A stretch of 32,000 nucleotides of DNA, from NCBI RefSeq assembly GCF_000829235.1, contig NZ_AP012549.1, positions 2,730,001 to 2,762,000 on the forward strand. The letters run 5' to 3'. A program made the position numbers and the translations under genes. The notes below the pieces were generated by a model. The model did not search any database. It saw only the letters and a list, made by a program, of their open reading frames with translations, and was not told where the DNA came from. Source of the DNA: a cyanobacterium endosymbiont of Epithemia turgida isolate EtSB Lake Yunoko (GTDB lineage: Bacteria; Cyanobacteriota; Cyanobacteriia; Cyanobacteriales; Microcystaceae). Every line of letters begins with the position of its first letter. Positions within the stretch are counted from its first letter, which is position 1. This document shows, one piece after another, positions 28,542 to 32,000 of the stretch.

Positions 28542-29918
28542 ATGCCCAAGAGCCCTTTAAAACAGGCAATACATAGACTTCAGTCAGAACAAAGAAAATG
28601 GGCGGCTGTAGGTCAATATACGCCTAAACAGGTGAATCGATGGTTTAAATGGTTATCTCCTGGCCTCTTGGTCAAACGCTGGTTGCTTATCAGTATCACC
28701 GGTCTAATCTTAACTTTTTTAGGGTTAGCTGTTTTTCTTAAGTTAACCCCAGTGTATCGCTTGCTAGAGTGCATCTCTACCCTACTAGAATTTCTGACCA
28801 CTTATGTTCCTAATTATATTTCTGGTCCGTTAGCGATTTTATTAGGGCTATTTTTACTGTTATGGGGGCAAAGTCGTACCGTAGGATCAATTACCGAAGC
28901 ATTGCATCCTGAAGGAAATCAAGAACTTGTTGATCGTCTTCTAGCCCACCGTCGTCGAAACCGAGGACCGAAAATAGTAACCATTGGAGGAGGGACTGGC
29001 CTTTCAACTCTGTTAAGAGGACTTAAACAATATAGTAGTAATATAACCGCCATTGTCACCGTAACCGACGATGGTGGCTCATCCGGGCGGCTAAGACGAG
29101 AAATTGGTGTTCTTCCTCCAGGAGACATCCGCAACTGTGTTGCTGCTTTGGCAGATGAAGAAAAACTTTTAACCGAATTGTTTCAATATCGTTTTCAGGC
29201 TGGGGATGGACTCACTGGGCACAGCTTTGGTAACTTGTTTCTTACAGCTTTAACCGACATTACCGGAGACCTAGAACAGGCGATTGCAGCCAGTTCTAAA
29301 GTTTTAGCTATACGAGGGAAAGTTTTACCCGCTACCCTTAATGATGTCCGTCTCTGGGCAGAATTAAGTGATGGACGGTTCATTGAAGGGGAATCTAATA
29401 TTACTGAAGCCAGGGGAAAAATTGAACGTATTGGCTGTATTCCTGCTCATCCTTTAGCTTTACCAGCGGCTATGAATGTTATTAAAGATGCTGATTACAT
29501 TATCATCGGGCCTGGTAGTTTGTATACAAGTGTGATTCCTAATCTTTTGGTTCCAGATATTAGAAATGCTTTGATTAAAGCAAAGGTTTCCCGGATCTAT
29601 ATCTGTAATATTATGACCCAACCCGGGGAGACTGACGGCTATACTGTTAGTGATCATCTAAAAGCCATTGATCATGTTTGTGAGCAACGGTTATTTGATG
29701 CGGTTTTGATTCAACGTAGACCTCCCTCTCCGAAAGCGTTAAAACGTTATGCCCTAGAAAACTGTCATCCTGTTTTTCCTGATCGTGAAGAGGTGGCTAA
29801 ATTAGGCTGTCGTGTTATTTTAGGTAATGTGATGACCGAGGACGAAATTACCGGAAAGGTTAGCCATGACCCTCAGCGATTAGCTAAAGTTTTGTTACGC
29901 TGGTATAGTAGCAAGTAA
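28542..29918 (+). CDS. YvcK/CofD-like (UPF0052, gluconeogenesis-factor family) protein with N-terminal membrane segments
   Basis: It has [35 protein letters not shown] and [17 protein letters not shown]. Two or three hydrophobic helices lie in the first ~110 aa. Confidence 0.85.
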   Translation: MPKSPLKQAIHRLQSEQRKWAAVGQYTPKQVNRWFKWLSPGLLVKRWLLISITGLILTFLGLAVFLKLTPVYRLLECISTLLEFLTTYVPNYISGPLAILLGLFLLLWGQSRTVGSITEALHPEGNQELVDRLLAHRRRNRGPKIVTIGGGTGLSTLLRGLKQYSSNITAIVTVTDDGGSSGRLRREIGVLPPGDIRNCVAALADEEKLLTELFQYRFQAGDGLTGHSFGNLFLTALTDITGDLEQAIAASSKVLAIRGKVLPATLNDVRLWAELSDGRFIEGESNITEARGKIERIGCIPAHPLALPAAMNVIKDADYIIIGPGSLYTSVIPNLLVPDIRNALIKAKVSRIYICNIMTQPGETDGYTVSDHLKAIDHVCEQRLFDAVLIQRRPPSPKALKRYALENCHPVFPDREEVAKLGCRVILGNVMTEDEITGKVSHDPQRLAKVLLRWYSSK

Positions 29919-29930
29919 TTTTAATTAATA

Positions 29931-30404
29931 GTGATTATCGAGTTACCCTCAGCAAAGGCGACCCTAGGCCTAGGAGAGCAATTAGGAAAATTATTACCGG
30001 CTCGAACGGTTATTCTACTAGAAGGGAATTTAGGAGTAGGAAAAACTACTTTGGTGAAAGGAATTGGGAAGGGGTTGAACATAAGAGAACTGATTGTTAG
30101 TCCTACATTCACCCTCATTAACGAATACACTCGAGGACGGTTACGATTGTATCATTTAGACTTATATCGTCTAGAACCTCAAGAAGTTGAGAAGTTATAT
30201 CCCGAACTGTATTGGGAATATCAAGAAGTTCCTCCAGGAATTACCGCAATTGAATGGGCGCAACGACTTCCTTATCAACCGTCAGATTATTTAGAGATTC
30301 AGTTAATAAACTCACCTAAACTAGTCCGTCAAGCTATTCTCAAGGAGGTTGGGAATCTCTCTTTAAAAGCTAGTTTTTGGGGCAGCTTAGGGCAATTGAT
30401 ATAA
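29931..30404 (+). CDS. tsaE: tRNA t6A37 threonylcarbamoyl-transfer ATPase TsaE
   Basis: GTG start 12 nt after the yvcK-like stop. It has Walker A GNLGVGKTTLVKG, SPTFTLINEY and HLDLYRL. Confidence 0.88.
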   Translation: MIIELPSAKATLGLGEQLGKLLPARTVILLEGNLGVGKTTLVKGIGKGLNIRELIVSPTFTLINEYTRGRLRLYHLDLYRLEPQEVEKLYPELYWEYQEVPPGITAIEWAQRLPYQPSDYLEIQLINSPKLVRQAILKEVGNLSLKASFWGSLGQLI

Positions 30405-30528
30405 GATAAAACCCGAGGAAAAAATAAATGAGGTATCAGGGTAATCAACGATAGTGCTCAACGGATGTTGACCCGCCCTTTTTTCTTTAGCTTATTCTAA
30501 AGATTTTTTACATGTTGTTTAAATTAAA

Positions 30529-30642
30529 TTAATCAAGACTAATATTACCGCGTTTGTATTGTAAATAAGCCGCAACAAATAAACCGGCTAAAGTGATGGG
30601 GATTAATCCTAAAACAATACCTAACAGTAAGGGTTCAATCAC
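30529..30642 (-). CDS. petG: Cytochrome b6-f complex subunit 5 (PetG), 37 aa, absent from the ORF track
   Basis: The minus strand reads aaggagaaacact-GTG and encodes (M)[36 protein letters not shown]. It is near-identical to the cyanobacterial PetG pattern ([33 protein letters not shown]..). The length of 114 nt is a multiple of 3. Confidence 0.85.
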   Translation of the reverse strand: MIEPLLLGIVLGLIPITLAGLFVAAYLQYKRGNISLD

Positions 30643-30823
30643 AGTGTTTCTCCTTAATCAGACTTAATAGATCGTTCCCCATTGTACTGGCAATTGAACA
30701 ATCATAAAACCAGACATAGACAATTATTTAAACTTCTAGACCCCCTGACGTGTAATCACTAAGAGTGTTAAAGTAAAGAACATGTAACCCTGAAAAACAG
30801 GCAACCCCCTTTTTGGAGTTCTA

Positions 30824-31147
30824 ATGGCATTTAATTTTGATTTTTTCGCTTCTGAACAAGGAGAACAAGACGCTAACGCTCTCATTCAATACTTACGACA
30901 ACAGCACCCCGAGGCATTAGCTCGTATAGCTCAATCTGCTAGCCCCGAAATCAGGCAGATCATCACCCAAAACGTACAGGGACTAGTGGGAATGCTTCCA
31001 TCTGAGGATTTTAACATTCAAGTAACAACAGATAGGGAAAATTTGGCTAATCTTTTAGCTTCTGCTATGATGACGGGCTATTTTTTAGGACAGATGGAAC
31101 AACGAAAAAACCTAGAAGCTAACTTATCTAATACAGACTCTTTGTAG
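30824..31147 (+). CDS. DUF760-family protein (cyanobacteria/plastid lineage)
   Basis: 107 aa. LIQYLRQQHPEALARIAQSASPEIRQIITQNVQGLVGMLP and ASAMMTGYFLGQMEQR are typical DUF760 strings. Confidence 0.75.
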   Translation: MAFNFDFFASEQGEQDANALIQYLRQQHPEALARIAQSASPEIRQIITQNVQGLVGMLPSEDFNIQVTTDRENLANLLASAMMTGYFLGQMEQRKNLEANLSNTDSL

Positions 31148-31219
31148 TCGAATATTTAAACAGTGGACAGTCAACAGACATAAGTTTTTTAAACAGATGA
31201 CTGCTGACTGATAGCTTAT

Positions 31220-31315
31220 CTATCCTCCTTTTGCAAAACTTCCCATCACTAAGGCAGATAATAAAATTCCAGGGAACAATAAGGCAAACAGTAAAGCAAG
31301 TTGACTAATTGTCAT
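31220..31315 (-). CDS. Possible 31-aa single-helix membrane peptide
   Basis: The minus strand reads gaggaaaacaacaATG and encodes MTISQLALLFALLFPGILLSALVMGSFAKGG*. GAGGA lies 8 nt upstream of the ATG. I recognise no family. Confidence 0.3.
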   Translation of the reverse strand: MTISQLALLFALLFPGILLSALVMGSFAKGG

Positions 31316-31540
31316 TGTTGTTTTCCTCTGATTTAACGTATTGTTCTGTTAATCTAGCCTATTTTTTTAGTAATTTTTGCCTGTTAATTATATTTTAAGC
31401 TCGACTTTGATTAAGTTACCCATCGATTGTAATAATACTATGTTTTATTAGTTTTGCCAGTGAAAATATTCTATTTTTAGTTTGGTTTAGATTATCATTT
31501 AAAAAACTATTTCTATGATAAAAACATGGAAAGATTGCTT

Positions 31541-32000
31541 TTACTCATTCATGTTTTTATAAGTCGCCACCGCAGAAGGTGATATACGATTAAGATAACG
31601 AAAGATCCAATATTTCAAAACTGTATCTAAGATTACGGGAAAGGTCGCGATAAATAGAAAATTAAACTCTTGATTTTCTGGGAGTCCAAAGTGACGAGAA
31701 ACTCCTTGTAAAATTACCTCCCATCCGTGGGGAGAGTGAAACCCCACAAACATATCGGTAAAGAGAATAATCAAAAAAGCTTTAGCTGGATCACTTAACC
31801 CATAAAGGATTTCATCAAGAAAGGATCTAACCACTTCTATTTCTTTTTTACTAGTTACTATGACTACAAAGAAAGAAACAAAAGAGAAAATATCTGCGAA
31901 AATATTGGCAATAGAATCAACTCCCTGATGTCGATATTCATCAGTTATTTCTTCGGCTTTATGTTTAATTTTCTCCCTAATTTTTTCGGGAGAAAATTCT
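31541..32000 (-). CDS. pxcA: PxcA/CemA-family proton-extrusion (envelope membrane) protein, 5' end outside window
   Basis: The frame stays open upstream of the listed GTG to the window edge ([63 protein letters not shown]...). It has the hallmark [11 protein letters not shown]. Confidence 0.85.
   Translation of the reverse strand, partial: EFSPEKIREKIKHKAEEITDEYRHQGVDSIANIFADIFSFVSFFVVIVTSKKEIEVVRSFLDEILYGLSDPAKAFLIILFTDMFVGFHSPHGWEVILQGVSRHFGLPENQEFNFLFIATFPVILDTVLKYWIFRYLNRISPSAVATYKNMNE

Noticed and set aside
28613-30130. Five minus-strand ORFs (28613-28801, 28919-29134, 29195-29383, 29460-29657, 29921-30130)
   Set aside because: All are antisense to the strongly supported yvcK-like and tsaE frames, and their Arg/Pro/Ser-rich text is shadow-frame composition.

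Overview
This is an AT-rich cyanobacterial chromosome segment. The cyanobacterial assignment rests on petG, a pxcA/cemA homologue, a DUF760 gene, one HIP1 GCGATCGC site and Crocosphaera/Cyanothece-like protein sequences. Accepted intact genes sum to about 19.3 kb of 32 kb (~60%). They are sbcC (5' partial), purF, purL, fabG, clpB, glk, an AapQ/NatG-like ABC permease, tRNA-Lys(UUU), an aldose-1-epimerase-family gene, yvcK-like, tsaE, petG, DUF760 and pxcA (partial). There is also a co-oriented thymidylate block: tmk-like, a three-domain ThyA-like gene, dut and dCMP deaminase. These genes are separated by ORF-free, extremely AT-rich tracts of 0.4-2 kb, and the tracts are not featureless. At least four (possibly five) hold decayed copies of one ISL3-type transposase gene. 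Others hold dead genes: a multiply disrupted BciB/HCAR-like chlorophyll-biosynthesis gene, an RHS/YD-repeat core fragment, a conserved hypothetical with a single in-frame TAG, and two further stop-riddled frames. Several long perfect hairpins or palindromes survive inside the decayed DNA. The most interesting candidate system is the dTMP/dTTP module built around a 502-aa MtrA-like + ThyA-like + DUF4346-like fusion protein and a divergent Tmk-like kinase. One IS relic splits this module. The overall picture fits a cyanobacterium undergoing reductive evolution with loss of chlorophyll synthesis, for example a non-photosynthetic endosymbiont. That is inference only, since no database search was possible. 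No CRISPR array, rRNA gene or prophage structural gene was seen.
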